Of a DNA stretch of 64,000 nucleotides, positions 27,715-38,662 are shown piece by piece; position 1 is the stretch's first letter, and the number at the start of each line of letters is the position of its first letter. The position numbers were made by a program, and so were the translations under genes. The DNA comes from Alphaproteobacteria bacterium. Lineage in GTDB: Bacteria > Pseudomonadota > Alphaproteobacteria > UBA828. The stretch lies in contig CAXXVO010000017.1 of NCBI GenBank assembly GCA_963422645.2, forward strand, positions 1-64,000. The letters run 5' to 3'. The notes beneath the pieces are model-generated. The model worked only from the letters and a program-made list of their open reading frames with translations. It searched no databases and was not told where the DNA came from.

Positions 27715-30620
27715 TGTCGCGGCTGCCGGAGCCCGCGGGCCTGCTTCTCGACCGCACGGAACAGGTCTCGTTCCGTTTCGAGGGTAGGCATTTTCAGGGC
27801 TATCGCGGCGATACGGTGGCGAGCGCGCTGGCGGCGAACGACGTCTCGGTGCTCTCGCGCTCCTTCAAGTATCACCGCCCGCGCGGCATCCATTCGCTCT
27901 CCGGACTCGATGCGAACACGCTGGTTCAGGTCGGCCCCGCGCCCAACCGCTTCGCGGACCGTGTGCCGCTCGCGCGCGACCTGGAGGTCATGGGCCAGAA
28001 CTATTGGGGGACGCTCCGGCACGACCGGCTGGCGGTGTTCGGCCTGCTGCACCGCTTCTTCCCCGTCGGCTTCTACTACAAGGCGTTCTACAAGCCGCGC
28101 TGGACTTGGCCGCTCTGGGCCAAGATGATCCGCCGGATCGCGGGCCTCGGCACAGTCGATACCAACGCCCCGCACGGCTACTTCGACAAGCAGTACCTCT
28201 TCTGCGACGTGCTGGTGGTGGGCGGCGGCGCGGCGGGCCTCGCGGCGGCATCGCAAGCGGCAGCCGCCGGTGCCGAGGTCATACTGGTGGACGAGAACGC
28301 GGCGCTCGGCGGCGGGCTGCTCTATGGCCGCGCGGACGCCGGCGGCATTCGCGCAACGGAGGAGCGCGCCCGGCTCGTGGGCGATATCGAGGGCTCGGAG
28401 CGCATCTCGGTGATGACCGAGACCGCGTGCCTCGGGCGCTACGCCGACAACTGGCTGCCGCTGGTGCGCGGCAACCGGCTCTACAAGCTCAGGACCAAGG
28501 CCCTGGTGGTCGCCACCGGCTCGCTCGAGCAACCTCTGGTCTTCCGCAACAACGACCTGCCGGGCGTCATGTTGAGCAGCGCGGCGCAGCGCCTGATCAA
28601 ACTCTATGGCGTGAAGCCGGGTCGGCGCGCAGTGGTGGCAACGGCGGACGACGACGGTTACGGCGCGGCCCTCGATCTGCTGGATGCGGGCGTCGAAGTG
28701 GCGGCTGTGGTCGATCTGCGCATGGATGCGCCGCGCAGCGCGATGAGCGACACGCTGGCCGCGCGCCGGGTGCCGGTCCACGCCGCCTCGGCGCCGTGGG
28801 AGGCCGTGCCCCAGCGCAAGGGCCCGCGGGTCGCGGGCGTCCGCGTCGCGCGGATCGAGGAAGACGGCATCTGTGCGCCCTCCGTGGACAGCTTCACCTG
28901 CGACCTCCTGGTCGTGAGCGGCGGCCATGCGCCGGCGGCCGCACTGTTGCGCCAGGCGGGCGCCACCTTCACCTACGACAGCGCTCGCCACGCGACGACC
29001 ATCGCAGAGCTCCCGCCCGACGTTTTCGCCGCAGGCGAGGTGGCGGGGACCACCGGCCTGGATGCGTCGCTCGCGGACGGCCGCCGCGCTGGCTGGCAGG
29101 CGGCGCAGGCCGCTGGCCTCGACGCGGGGCCCGCGCCCGACGCCGCTGTGGAGGAGGAGCCGGCGACAGCGCAGGCTGCGTGGCCGATTTTCCCGCATCC
29201 CGATCACAAGGCCTTCGTCGATCTGGACGAGGACGTGCAGGTCCACGATCTGGAGGACGCGATCGCCGAGGGCTACGACCACATCGAGCTGCTCAAGCGC
29301 TTCACCACCAACGGCATGGGGCCCTCGCAAGGGCGGCATTCGTCGCTGAACGCGGTGCGCATTCTTTCGCGGGCCAAGGCGCGGAGCGTGGACGAGACCG
29401 GCGTCACCACGGTGCGCCAGCCCATCGTGCCGGTCACCATGGGCCATCTGGCGGGTCGCAGCTTCGAGCCGGTACGCTATACGGCGATGCACTTCCGCCA
29501 TCTGGAGGCCGGCGCCACCATGATGCCGGCAGGCCTCTGGCTCAGGCCCGAGTTCTACGGCGACAAGGCGCGGCGTCAGGCGCTGATCCGCGAGGAGGCC
29601 AAGAACGTCCGAGACAACGTGGGCATCATCGATGTCTCGACCCTTGGCGGGCTCGACGTTCGGGGGCCCGATGCGGCCGAGTTCATGAACCGCATGTACA
29701 CCTTCGCCTATCTGAAGCAGCCGGTGGGCCGCTCGCGCTACGTGCTGATGACCGACCTCTGCGGCGTGGTGGTGGACGATGGCGTCGCCTGCCGCATGCA
29801 CGAGGACCATTTCTACGTCACGGCGACGACCTCGGGCGTCGACAACGTCTACCGCGAGATGCTCTGGTACAACGCCCAGTGGCGGCTCAAGGTGGACGTG
29901 ACCAACGTCAGCGCCGCGCTCGCGGGCGTCAATATCGCGGGCCCCAACTGCCGCCCGGTGCTGGAGACCCTCTGCGACGACGTCGACCTCTCGCCCGAGG
30001 GCTTCCCCTACATGGGCGTGCGCGAGGGCCACGTCGCCGGTATCCCCGCGATCTTTCTCAGGGTCGGCTTCGTGGGCGAGCTCGGCTACGAGGTGCACGT
30101 GCCGACGAGCCAGGGCGAGGCGCTCTGGGATGCGCTCATGGAGGCCGGCGCGGCACACGGCATCCGGCCCTTCGGCGTCGAGGCGCAGCGCCTGCTCAGG
30201 CTGGAGAAGGGCCACATCTTCATCGGCCAGGACACCGACGGCCTCACCACTCCTCACGAGGCCGACATGGCCTGGGCGCTTGCCAAGAAGAAGCCCTTCC
30301 ACGTCGGCATTCGCTCGGTGCGGATACAGGCGGCGAAGGGGCTCACCCGCAAGCTGGTGGGCTTCCAGATGCCGGGCGTCGGCGTGGAGCAGCCGAAGGA
30401 GTGCCATCTGGTGATCCGCCAGGGCGAGATCACCGGGCGGGTTACCTCGGTCGCCTATTCGCCCAACCTGGACAAGATCGTCGGCATGGCCTACGTCGCG
30501 CCCGACCAGAGCGAGCCCGGCAGCCAGATCGAGATCAAGGTGGACGGCGGGCGCATGGTGAAGGCGACGGTGGCGAAGCTCCCGTTCTACGATCCCGACG
30601 GTGCGCGGCAGGAACTCTGA
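27711..30620 (+). CDS. Sarcosine oxidase alpha-like / MgdC
   Basis: GDTVASALAAN, RSFKYHRPRG, GMGPSQG, GcvT-like C-terminus (DVSTLG, GELGYE, LRLEKGH). Confidence 0.93.
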   Translation: MMSRLPEPAGLLLDRTEQVSFRFEGRHFQGYRGDTVASALAANDVSVLSRSFKYHRPRGIHSLSGLDANTLVQVGPAPNRFADRVPLARDLEVMGQNYWGTLRHDRLAVFGLLHRFFPVGFYYKAFYKPRWTWPLWAKMIRRIAGLGTVDTNAPHGYFDKQYLFCDVLVVGGGAAGLAAASQAAAAGAEVILVDENAALGGGLLYGRADAGGIRATEERARLVGDIEGSERISVMTETACLGRYADNWLPLVRGNRLYKLRTKALVVATGSLEQPLVFRNNDLPGVMLSSAAQRLIKLYGVKPGRRAVVATADDDGYGAALDLLDAGVEVAAVVDLRMDAPRSAMSDTLAARRVPVHAASAPWEAVPQRKGPRVAGVRVARIEEDGICAPSVDSFTCDLLVVSGGHAPAAALLRQAGATFTYDSARHATTIAELPPDVFAAGEVAGTTGLDASLADGRRAGWQAAQAAGLDAGPAPDAAVEEEPATAQAAWPIFPHPDHKAFVDLDEDVQVHDLEDAIAEGYDHIELLKRFTTNGMGPSQGRHSSLNAVRILSRAKARSVDETGVTTVRQPIVPVTMGHLAGRSFEPVRYTAMHFRHLEAGATMMPAGLWLRPEFYGDKARRQALIREEAKNVRDNVGIIDVSTLGGLDVRGPDAAEFMNRMYTFAYLKQPVGRSRYVLMTDLCGVVVDDGVACRMHEDHFYVTATTSGVDNVYREMLWYNAQWRLKVDVTNVSAALAGVNIAGPNCRPVLETLCDDVDLSPEGFPYMGVREGHVAGIPAIFLRVGFVGELGYEVHVPTSQGEALWDALMEAGAAHGIRPFGVEAQRLLRLEKGHIFIGQDTDGLTTPHEADMAWALAKKKPFHVGIRSVRIQAAKGLTRKLVGFQMPGVGVEQPKECHLVIRQGEITGRVTSVAYSPNLDKIVGMAYVAPDQSEPGSQIEIKVDGGRMVKATVAKLPFYDPDGARQEL

Positions 30621-30622
30621 GC

Positions 30623-31354
30623 GTGACGGCCCCGGCAGAGCAGACCCGCCGCTCCCCCCTCTACCGCGCGCTCGCGGCCCACGGCGCACGCTTCGAGACG
30701 CTGGGCGGCTTTGCGCTGGCGCAGGACTTCGGGCGGGAGGCGGCTGCCGAGGCCGCCCAGGCGGAATCGCTCGGGCTCGCCGACCTCACGCCCCTCCCGC
30801 GTATCGGCTTCAAGGGCTGGAACATCGCCCCCTGGCTCGCCGGCGCCGGTGCCGAGATGGGCGAGGCGAGCAACCGGGCCTATGTGCAGGCCGATGGCAC
30901 CCGCATTGCGCGGTTGGCCCCGGGCGAGGCGCTGGTGCTCGCCGACCGCAACGGGGCCGGCGCCCTGATCGAGACCCTCGATCAGGCCTGGAGCATGGCG
31001 AAGGCCGACGGCTGCTTCCGCGTCGCGCGGGACGAGACGAGCTGTTGGCTACTGCTCACCGGCGCGCACGTGCCCTCGATGCTTGCCAAGGTCTGCGCCG
31101 TCGATCTCAGGCCCCAGGCCTTCGCGCCCGATGCTATCGCCCAGACCAACGTCGCCCGCCTCAACGTGGTCGTGATCCGGGGCGACATCGGCCCGGTGCC
31201 GGCCTTCGACCTGATCACCGATATCGCATCGGCGGTCTATCTCTGGGATGCGCTGCTCGATGCGATGGCAGAGTACGACGGCGCTCCGATCGGCCTCGCC
31301 GCCATCCGCGCTTTGCTGGATGGGGGCGAGGCGCAAGACACGCCTAGCTCTTGA
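30623..31354 (+). CDS. Sarcosine oxidase gamma-like / MgdD
   Basis: GTG 2 nt after the alpha stop; LADLTPLPRIGFKG, AKVCAVDLRP, YLWDALLDAM. Confidence 0.85.
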   Translation: MTAPAEQTRRSPLYRALAAHGARFETLGGFALAQDFGREAAAEAAQAESLGLADLTPLPRIGFKGWNIAPWLAGAGAEMGEASNRAYVQADGTRIARLAPGEALVLADRNGAGALIETLDQAWSMAKADGCFRVARDETSCWLLLTGAHVPSMLAKVCAVDLRPQAFAPDAIAQTNVARLNVVVIRGDIGPVPAFDLITDIASAVYLWDALLDAMAEYDGAPIGLAAIRALLDGGEAQDTPSS

Positions 31355-31529
31355 AGAGCGAGTCCGCCTTGCTAAGATAGTCCGTCTTCGCGTGGATGGC
31401 GCCGCGCACCCGCTCCAGCTCCTCCTCGAGCTGTTCGGCATAGGCGCCGAGCGCCTCCACCGACATGTCGTCGAGCACGCGCGGGGTCCATTCCTGCTCG
31501 CGCGGGATGCGAATTTGCTCCTCGTCCAT
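31344..31529 (-). CDS. DUF1192-like small protein
   Basis: LDDMSVEAL...LEEELER...ADSLFKS; divergent from the quinone oxidoreductase as in other Alphaproteobacteria. Confidence 0.8.
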   Translation of the reverse strand: MDEEQIRIPREQEWTPRVLDDMSVEALGAYAEQLEEELERVRGAIHAKTDYLSKADSLFKS

Positions 31530-31596
31530 CCCATTTCTCCTGCGCCGGTCGGGTCCGCTTGAGTATAGTCGCGCGCGCAAACCCTTTGGAGGCGTC

Positions 31597-32604
31597 ATGG
31601 CGCAGCTGCCCCCTGAAATGACCGCTATCGAGATCACGGAGCCCGGCGGGCCCGAGGTCCTGCGCCCTACGCGGCGCGCGGTGCCCGAGCCCTGCCTGGG
31701 CGAGGTGCTGATCGAGGTGACGGCGGCCGGGGTCAACCGGCCGGACACGATGCAGCGCCAAGGCGCCTACCCGCCGCCGCCCGGCGCCTCCGACCTGCCG
31801 GGGCTGGAGGTCTCGGGCCACGTGGCGGCGTGCGGCCCCGGCGCGCATCGCTTCGAGGCGGGCGAAGCCGTCTGCGCGCTCACCCACGGCGGCGGCTATG
31901 CCGAATACTGCGTTGCGCCGGAGACGCAAGCGCTCCCGGTCCCGGAAGGGCTCTCGGTGGTCGAGGCCGCTGGCCTGCCGGAGACCTGCTTCACCGTGTG
32001 GACCAATGCCTTCGAGCGCGCCCGGCTCCGTGCGGGCGAGCGGCTGCTCGTCCACGGCGGCAGCAGCGGCATCGGCACCACCGCGATCCAGATCGCGTCC
32101 GCGTTGGGGGTCCGCGTCTTTGCCACCGCCGGCTCGGCGGAGAAATGTGCCGCCTGCGAAGGCCTCGGCGCCGAGCGGGCGATCGACTACCGCAACGAGG
32201 ATTTCGTCACCGTGGTGAAGGAGATCACCGGCGGCGAAGGTGTCGATGTGGTGCTCGACATGGTGGGCGGCGGCTACGTGCAGCGTAATCTCGCAGCGCT
32301 CCGGCCTGAGGGCCGGCTGGCACAGATCGCCTTCCTCGAAAGCTCGAAATGCCAACTCGACCTCAGCACGCTTATGCGCAAGCGGCTCACCATCGTGGGC
32401 TCCACGCTCAGGCCGCAGAGCGTGGAGAGCAAGGCCCGCATCGCCGCCGCGCTGGAGGAGACCGTCTGGCCACTCATCGAAGCGGGGCTGGTGCGACCGG
32501 TCATCGACACCCGGCTTCCCCTCGAGCAGGCGGCAGCCGCCCACGCCCGCATGGAGGCGGGCCAGCACATCGGCAAAATCCTGCTGGAGAGCCCTCACGA
32601 CTAA
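31597..32604 (+). CDS. NAD(P)H-quinone oxidoreductase, PIG3 family
   Basis: AAGVNRPD, GLEVSG, VHGGSSGIG, GSTLRP, HIGKILL. Confidence 0.93.
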   Translation: MAQLPPEMTAIEITEPGGPEVLRPTRRAVPEPCLGEVLIEVTAAGVNRPDTMQRQGAYPPPPGASDLPGLEVSGHVAACGPGAHRFEAGEAVCALTHGGGYAEYCVAPETQALPVPEGLSVVEAAGLPETCFTVWTNAFERARLRAGERLLVHGGSSGIGTTAIQIASALGVRVFATAGSAEKCAACEGLGAERAIDYRNEDFVTVVKEITGGEGVDVVLDMVGGGYVQRNLAALRPEGRLAQIAFLESSKCQLDLSTLMRKRLTIVGSTLRPQSVESKARIAAALEETVWPLIEAGLVRPVIDTRLPLEQAAAAHARMEAGQHIGKILLESPHD

Positions 32605-32733
32605 GGCCGCATGAACTGCGGCTTTGCGCTCCTTACATCTAGGCGATATACCGACCGCCTCACGCGTGGCTGCGGGCGATGATACCGGCCGTGGCACAGC
32701 CGCGTGCGGGCAGCAGTGGAAGGAACGCATAAG

Positions 32734-33495
32734 ATGGCCGAGTTGCTGATGCCCAAGGCCACGGCGGTGTGGCTGATAGACAACACCACGCTCACGTTCC
32801 ATCAGATCGCGGCGTTCTGCGACCTGCATCCGCTCGAGGTGCAGGGCATCGCCGATGGGGAGGTCGCGATCGGCATTCGCGGCCTCGACCCCGTCGTCAA
32901 TGGGCAGGTCAGCCGTGAGGAGATCCAGCGCTGCGAAGAGGATTCCTCCCAGCGACTGGAGGCCATCGGTCCGGCCTCGGCGGTGCCGCAGCGCACCCGG
33001 CGCGCCCGCTATACGCCGGTCAGCAAGCGGCAGGATCGCCCCAACGCCATCTCCTGGCTGCTCAAGAACTATGACGAGCTGAGTGACGCGCAGATTGGCA
33101 AGCTGCTTGGCACCACCAAGGCGACGATCAGCGCCGTGCGCGAGCGGACTCACTGGAACACGCCCAACATCACGCCGCAGGACCCGATCCTGCTGGGTAT
33201 TTGCAACGAGGCGGAGCTTCTCGACGCGGTGCGCAAGGCGCGCGCCAGGGCGGAACGGGCAGCGGCGCGGGACGAGAAGGCCGCCCAGGTGGCCGCAGCC
33301 GCCGCAACCGCCACAGCCGCCGCAGCCGCCGCAACCGCCGCCGCCGCAGAGCCAGAGGCGACACCGGCTCAGCCGGTCGATGACGCGCCGTCAACCGCCG
33401 CCGCCGGCCCGCCCGATACCGGCAAGCCCGATACCGGCATGCCGGGCGAAGGCAGCGGGCCCGCGGGCGTATTGCAGCCGGAAGCGGCAGACTAG
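32734..33495 (+). CDS. trcR: DUF1013 family transcriptional regulator TrcR
   Basis: LMPKATAVWLIDNTTLTF, RYTPVSKRQDRP, RTHWN; Ala/Pro-rich tail. Confidence 0.88.
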   Translation: MAELLMPKATAVWLIDNTTLTFHQIAAFCDLHPLEVQGIADGEVAIGIRGLDPVVNGQVSREEIQRCEEDSSQRLEAIGPASAVPQRTRRARYTPVSKRQDRPNAISWLLKNYDELSDAQIGKLLGTTKATISAVRERTHWNTPNITPQDPILLGICNEAELLDAVRKARARAERAAARDEKAAQVAAAAATATAAAAAATAAAAEPEATPAQPVDDAPSTAAAGPPDTGKPDTGMPGEGSGPAGVLQPEAAD

Positions 33496-33577
33496 CTGGG
33501 GAATTGGGCCGCGCTGCGCTGCGCCGGCCTCGGGGCCGGTCGCGGCGGGAGTCATCGATACAGGGGAAGGAACGACC

Positions 33578-34696
33578 ATGCTGATCGGCGTTCCCAAGGA
33601 AACCAAGATCCACGAGTACCGTGTCGGCATCCCGCCCGCCGGCGTGCGCGAGCTCGTGCAGCACGGCCATCGGGTTATGGTCGAGAAGGACGCCGGCACC
33701 GAGATCGGCCTCCTCGACGTTCACTACGAACGCGCCGGCGCCCAAGTGGTGGATGATGCAGCGGAGATCTTCGGCGCGGCCGAGATGATCGTGAAGGTGA
33801 AAGAGCCTCATCCGGCCGAGTGCGCCATGCTGCGGGCCGACCAGGTGCTCTTCACCTATCTCCACCTTGCGGCCGATGCCGCCCAGACCGACGCCCTGAT
33901 CGATTCCGGCTGCATCGCCATCGCCTACGAGACCGTGACCGATGCGCGGGGCGGCCTGCCGCTGCTCGCGCCGATGAGCGAGGTTGCTGGCCGCATGTCG
34001 ATCCAGGCCGGCGCTCATTGCCTCGAAAAGGAGCAGGGGGGCCGCGGCGTCCTGCTCGGCGGCGTTCCCGGCGTGCCTCCTGCCGACGTGGTGATCCTGG
34101 GCGGCGGCGTGGTGGGCACGCATGCAGCCCGCATGGCGGTCGGCATGGGAGCGCGGGTCACGATCATCGACCGCTCGATCCCGCGCCTCCGTCAGCTGGA
34201 GGAGATCTTCGGCGCCAGCGCCACGACCGTCTACTCCACCGTCCAGGCCATCGAGGAGACGGTCAACAACGCCGATCTGGTGATCGGCGCGGTGCTCGTC
34301 GTCGGCGCCGCTGCACCCAAGCTGGTGCGCCGCGACATGTTGGACGAGATGCGCCGCAACGCCGTCGTGGTCGACGTGGCGATCGACCAGGGTGGCTGCT
34401 TCGAGACCAGCCGGCCGACCACCCACGCCGATCCCACCTACAAGGTGGCCAACATCCTGCACTACTGCGTCACCAACATGCCGGGTGCCGTGGCCCGCAC
34501 CTCGACATTCGCGCTCAGCAACGCGACGCTGCCTTTCGTGCTCGCGCTCGCGGGGAAGGGCTGGCGCAAGGCCATGCACGACGATTCTCACCTCATGCAC
34601 GGCCTCAATGTCTGCCAGGGGCGCGTCACCCACGAGGCCGTCGCGCTCGACCTCGGCCACGATTACCTCGCGCCGGAGCACGCGCTCGCCGCTTAG
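33578..34696 (+). CDS. ald: Alanine dehydrogenase
   Basis: [48 protein letters not shown]. Confidence 0.96.
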   Translation: MLIGVPKETKIHEYRVGIPPAGVRELVQHGHRVMVEKDAGTEIGLLDVHYERAGAQVVDDAAEIFGAAEMIVKVKEPHPAECAMLRADQVLFTYLHLAADAAQTDALIDSGCIAIAYETVTDARGGLPLLAPMSEVAGRMSIQAGAHCLEKEQGGRGVLLGGVPGVPPADVVILGGGVVGTHAARMAVGMGARVTIIDRSIPRLRQLEEIFGASATTVYSTVQAIEETVNNADLVIGAVLVVGAAAPKLVRRDMLDEMRRNAVVVDVAIDQGGCFETSRPTTHADPTYKVANILHYCVTNMPGAVARTSTFALSNATLPFVLALAGKGWRKAMHDDSHLMHGLNVCQGRVTHEAVALDLGHDYLAPEHALAA

Positions 34697-34733
34697 CCCG
34701 GCGCCAAGAACCGACGAAATTCGGGGGATTGCA

Positions 34734-36233
34734 ATGACTGCAACGCTCACTCACTGGATTAACGGCGCCGCCGTGGCGGGCGCGTCCTCGCGCTTTGGCG
34801 ATGTCTACGACCCCTCCGCCGGCGAGGTGGTCGCGCGCGTGCCCTTCGCCAACTCCGACGAGGTGGAGAGCGCCGTGCAGGCAGCGGCGGCGGCCGCGCC
34901 CGGCTGGGCCAAGACTCCTCCCATTCAGAGGGCACGGGTGATCTTCGCGTTCAAGGACCTGGTCGAGAGCCGCAAGGAGGACTTGTCCCGGGTGATAACG
35001 CGTGAACACGGCAAGGTGCTCTCGGACGCGATGGGCTCCGTGTCCCGCGGGATCGAGGTGCTGGAGTTCGCCTGCGGCATCCCGCACCTGCTCAGGGGCG
35101 ACTTCACCCAGTCGGTCGGCACTGGCGTCGACAGCTTCTCCAGCCGTCAGCCGCTCGGCGTGGTGGCCGGTATCACGCCCTTCAACTTCCCGGCCATGGT
35201 GCCGATGTGGATGTTCCCGGTCGCTATCGCCTGCGGCAACACGTTCATCCTGAAGCCGTCGGAGAAGGACCCCACGGCCGCGATGATGCTTGCCGAGTGG
35301 CTGAAGGAGGCCGGCTGCCCCGACGGCGTCTTCAACGTCGTCCACGGCGACAAGGAGGCGGTGGATGCGATCCTCACCCATCCGGACATCGCTGCGGTGA
35401 GCTTCGTCGGCTCCACGCCCATCGCCGAATACGTCTATCAGACCGGCTGCGCCCACGGTAAGCGGGTGCAGGCGCTGGGCGGCGCCAAGAACCACGCGGT
35501 GGTGATGCCCGACGCCGATCTCACGATGGCGAGCGATGCCCTCATCGGCGCGGCCTACGGCTCCGCCGGGGAGCGCTGCATGGCGGTCTCGGTGGCCGTG
35601 GCGATCGGCGACAAGGTGGGCGATGCGCTGATCGAGGACCTCAAGCCCAAGATCGAGAGCATCAAGGTGGGACCGGGGACAGACGGCGAGGCCGACATGG
35701 GCCCGCTGGTGACCAAGGCCCACTTTGACAAGGTGCGGGGCTACGTCGATCTCGGCGTGGAGGAAGGCGCGGAGCTGGTGATCGACGGCCGCGACCTCGC
35801 CCTCCAGGGCTACGAGAACGGCTACTTCATCGGCCCCTGCCTCTTCGACCGGGTCACGCCGGACATGCGCATCTACAAGGAGGAGATTTTCGGGCCGGTG
35901 CTCTCCGTGGTCCGCGCGCCGGACTACGACTCCGCGCTGCAGATGGTCAACGAGCACGAGTTCGGCAACGGGGTGGCGATCTTCACCCGCGACGGCGACG
36001 CCGCGCGCGAGTTCGCGAACAAAGTGGAAATCGGCATGGTCGGCGTCAACGTGCCGATTCCCGTGCCGGTCGCCTATCACAGCTTCGGCGGCTGGAAGCG
36101 CTCGCTCTTCGGCGACCACGCCATGCACGGCATGGAGGGCGTGCGCTTCTATACCAAGCTCAAGACCGTGACCTCCCGCTGGCCGACCGGCATCCGCTCA
36201 GGCGTCGATCTCTCCTTCCCTATGATGTCGTAG
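34734..36233 (+). CDS. mmsA: CoA-acylating (methyl)malonate-semialdehyde dehydrogenase
   Basis: [39 protein letters not shown]. Confidence 0.94.
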   Translation: MTATLTHWINGAAVAGASSRFGDVYDPSAGEVVARVPFANSDEVESAVQAAAAAAPGWAKTPPIQRARVIFAFKDLVESRKEDLSRVITREHGKVLSDAMGSVSRGIEVLEFACGIPHLLRGDFTQSVGTGVDSFSSRQPLGVVAGITPFNFPAMVPMWMFPVAIACGNTFILKPSEKDPTAAMMLAEWLKEAGCPDGVFNVVHGDKEAVDAILTHPDIAAVSFVGSTPIAEYVYQTGCAHGKRVQALGGAKNHAVVMPDADLTMASDALIGAAYGSAGERCMAVSVAVAIGDKVGDALIEDLKPKIESIKVGPGTDGEADMGPLVTKAHFDKVRGYVDLGVEEGAELVIDGRDLALQGYENGYFIGPCLFDRVTPDMRIYKEEIFGPVLSVVRAPDYDSALQMVNEHEFGNGVAIFTRDGDAAREFANKVEIGMVGVNVPIPVPVAYHSFGGWKRSLFGDHAMHGMEGVRFYTKLKTVTSRWPTGIRSGVDLSFPMMS

Positions 36234-36270
36234 CGCCGCGGCGGCTGGGGCCGCAGGAGAGCCGAGAGCG

Positions 36271-37680
36271 ATGGGCAACGACGAACTCTCCTACCTCTCG
36301 GCGACAGAGGCCGCGGCTCTCATTCGGGACGGCGCGCTCTCGTCCACAGACCTGGTAACGAACGCGCTCGCGCGGATCGAGGAGATCAACCCCACCCTCA
36401 ACTGCTTCTGCTTCACCTACCCTGCGGAGGCCATCGAGGAGGCGCGGGCGGCGGAGCGGGCGATCGCCGCCGGCGACGATGTGGGCCCGCTGCATGGCGT
36501 TCCCATCGCCATCAAGGACCTCACGCCGACCAAGGGCAAGACGACGACCTTCGGCTCTTACGCCTACAAGGATTGGGTGCCGGACGACGATGCGCTCGTG
36601 GTGCAGCGCCTGCGCGAGGCAGGCGCCATCATGGTGGGCAAGACGACGACGCCGGAGTTTGCCTTCTCCAGCCTCACGGACAGTCCCCTGTGGGGCATCA
36701 CCCGCAATCCGTGGAACCCCGACCACACGCCGGGCGGATCGTCGGGCGGCTCCGCTGCCGCCGTGGTTGCCGGCTGCGTGCCGCTGGCCGAAGGCTCGGA
36801 CGCCGGCGGCTCGGTGCGGATTCCCGCTTCGCACAGCGGCTGCGTGGGGCTGAAGCCTAGTTCCGGCCGCATCCCCTTCGAATTCCTGCCGACCCAGTTC
36901 GACTACATGTGCTGCCACGGCCCGCTCTCGCGCACCGTCGCCGATGCCGCGCTGTTCCTGAAGCTCTGCCAAGGGCCCGACGAGCGCGACCTCAATTCCT
37001 TGGCGCCCGCTCTTTCGGTCGACGTGCCGGCGGCGCACGACGTTCGAGGCCTGCGTCTCGCGCTCTCCATCGACCTCGGCTACTACCGCATCGATCCTGA
37101 CGTCGAGGCGAACACCCGCGCCGCTGCCGCCGCTCTGGAGCAGGCGGGGGCCGAGATCGAGCCCGTCGAGCTCGGCTGGAGCGCGGCCTTCAACGAGGCA
37201 TGGTGGGCCTATTGGGGCGTTTTTCAGGCCATGCATTTCGGCCACCATCTGGAGCGCTGGCGGGACAAGATGCACCCCTCCGTCGTCGCGTCGATGGAGG
37301 AGGGCCGGAAGATGAGCGCGGTCGATCTGATGAAGACCGAGATGATCTACACCGAGGCCTGGAACACGCTGCGCCCCATCCTCGAGCGCTGCGATGCCCT
37401 GCTCTGCCCGACCGAGGCGATTCCGGCGCCCACGGTCGACTATGACGAGCTCGGCTCCATGGGGAACGATGCGGACGGCCGTCACCAGAGCATGGACATG
37501 ACCATGCAGTTCAACGCGCTCAAGCTGCCGGCGCTCTCGGTTCCCTCCGGCTTTTCCGCGCAGGGCCTGCCCACGGGCCTGCAGATCGTCGGCCGCCGCT
37601 TCGACGACCTGACGGTGCTCTGCATTGGCACCGCGCTCGAAGAGGCACGCCCCTGGCGTCAGCACCGGCCGGACTTGTGA
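36271..37680 (+). CDS. Amidase (amidase signature family)
   Basis: IAIKD, PGGSSGGS, GSDAGGSVRIP (Ser-cisSer-Lys triad). Confidence 0.93.
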   Translation: MGNDELSYLSATEAAALIRDGALSSTDLVTNALARIEEINPTLNCFCFTYPAEAIEEARAAERAIAAGDDVGPLHGVPIAIKDLTPTKGKTTTFGSYAYKDWVPDDDALVVQRLREAGAIMVGKTTTPEFAFSSLTDSPLWGITRNPWNPDHTPGGSSGGSAAAVVAGCVPLAEGSDAGGSVRIPASHSGCVGLKPSSGRIPFEFLPTQFDYMCCHGPLSRTVADAALFLKLCQGPDERDLNSLAPALSVDVPAAHDVRGLRLALSIDLGYYRIDPDVEANTRAAAAALEQAGAEIEPVELGWSAAFNEAWWAYWGVFQAMHFGHHLERWRDKMHPSVVASMEEGRKMSAVDLMKTEMIYTEAWNTLRPILERCDALLCPTEAIPAPTVDYDELGSMGNDADGRHQSMDMTMQFNALKLPALSVPSGFSAQGLPTGLQIVGRRFDDLTVLCIGTALEEARPWRQHRPDL

Positions 37681-37765
37681 AGGAGAGCGGGCCGCGCAAA
37701 GCGTGGCCCTGGTAAGAGTTCCGGGTTAGGCTGCCGGCCTTGGCGGCAGCAGGGGAGCGGTTGTG

Positions 37766-38638
37766 ATGGCGACGGTGAAGGCCGGGCTCATCCAGATGGG
37801 CCTCAAGGGCGAGGTCGAGCACGACACGCCCGAGCGGATCAGTGAGAAGATGATCGCAGCGCACCTGCCCCTCATCGAGCAGGCGGCAAGCGAGGGCGTG
37901 CAGGTGCTAGGGCTCCAGGAGCTCTTCAACCTGCCCTACATCGGCGCGGTTCAGGACAACGCGTGGTACCGGACTGCCGAGCGGGTGCCCGACGGCCCCA
38001 CCGTCCAGCGGATGCAGGCGGAAGCCGCGCGCCTCGGCATGGCGATGGTGGTGCCGGTCTATGAGGAGGCCCAGACCGGCGTCTACTACAACACCGCCGC
38101 CGTGATCGACGCGGACGGCCGCTACCTAGGCAAGTTCCGCAAGATTCACATCCCCCACGTCGTCGGCTTCTGCGAGAAGTACTACTTCAAGCCCGGCGAC
38201 ATCGGCTATCCGGTCTTCGAAACCGCGTTCTGCAAGGTCGGTGTCTACATCTGCTATGACCGGCATTTCCCTGAAGGCTGGCGCGAGCTCGCCATGAACG
38301 GCGCAGAGGTGATCTTCAACCCCTCCGCGACCGCGCGCGGCCTGAGCGATCATCTCTGGAACCTGGAGCAGCCGGCGGCGGCGGTCGCCAACTGCGTCTA
38401 TATCGGCGCCAACAACCGCGTCGGTATGGAGGCGCCGTGGAACACTGGCTACTTCTACGGCTCCAGCTACTTCTGCAATCCGCGCGGTGAAATTCTAGAC
38501 CAGGGGCCGGACGATCGGGATGCTCTGGTCACCGCCGAACTCGACCTCGCCATGATCGCCGAGGTGCGGGACGGGTGGAAATTCTACCGCGATCGCCGGC
38601 CCGAGACCTACGGCGCGGTCGCGTCCTGGCAGGTCTGA
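37766..38638 (+). CDS. Nitrilase-fold hydrolase, beta-ureidopropionase-like, paralog 1
   Basis: QELF, FRKIHIP, ICYDRHFPE (Glu-Lys-Cys triad), RDRRPETY. Confidence 0.88.
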   Translation: MATVKAGLIQMGLKGEVEHDTPERISEKMIAAHLPLIEQAASEGVQVLGLQELFNLPYIGAVQDNAWYRTAERVPDGPTVQRMQAEAARLGMAMVVPVYEEAQTGVYYNTAAVIDADGRYLGKFRKIHIPHVVGFCEKYYFKPGDIGYPVFETAFCKVGVYICYDRHFPEGWRELAMNGAEVIFNPSATARGLSDHLWNLEQPAAAVANCVYIGANNRVGMEAPWNTGYFYGSSYFCNPRGEILDQGPDDRDALVTAELDLAMIAEVRDGWKFYRDRRPETYGAVASWQV

Positions 38639-38662
38639 GCAGGCGAGCGAGAGGAGGCTCCA

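Noticed and set aside
27279-30689. Very long antisense or alternate-frame ORFs (e.g. 1136 aa; also 10926-13217, 59316-61352 and the upstream parts of 16771-20310 and 28004-31354)
   Set aside because: Shadow ORFs of GC-rich real genes, Arg/Ala/Gly-rich with no motifs; only the distal parts matching UrtD and the gamma subunit were kept.
33291-33350. GCC GCA (A/G)CC repeats in trcR
   Set aside because: In-frame poly-Ala/Thr low-complexity linker, not a separate element.
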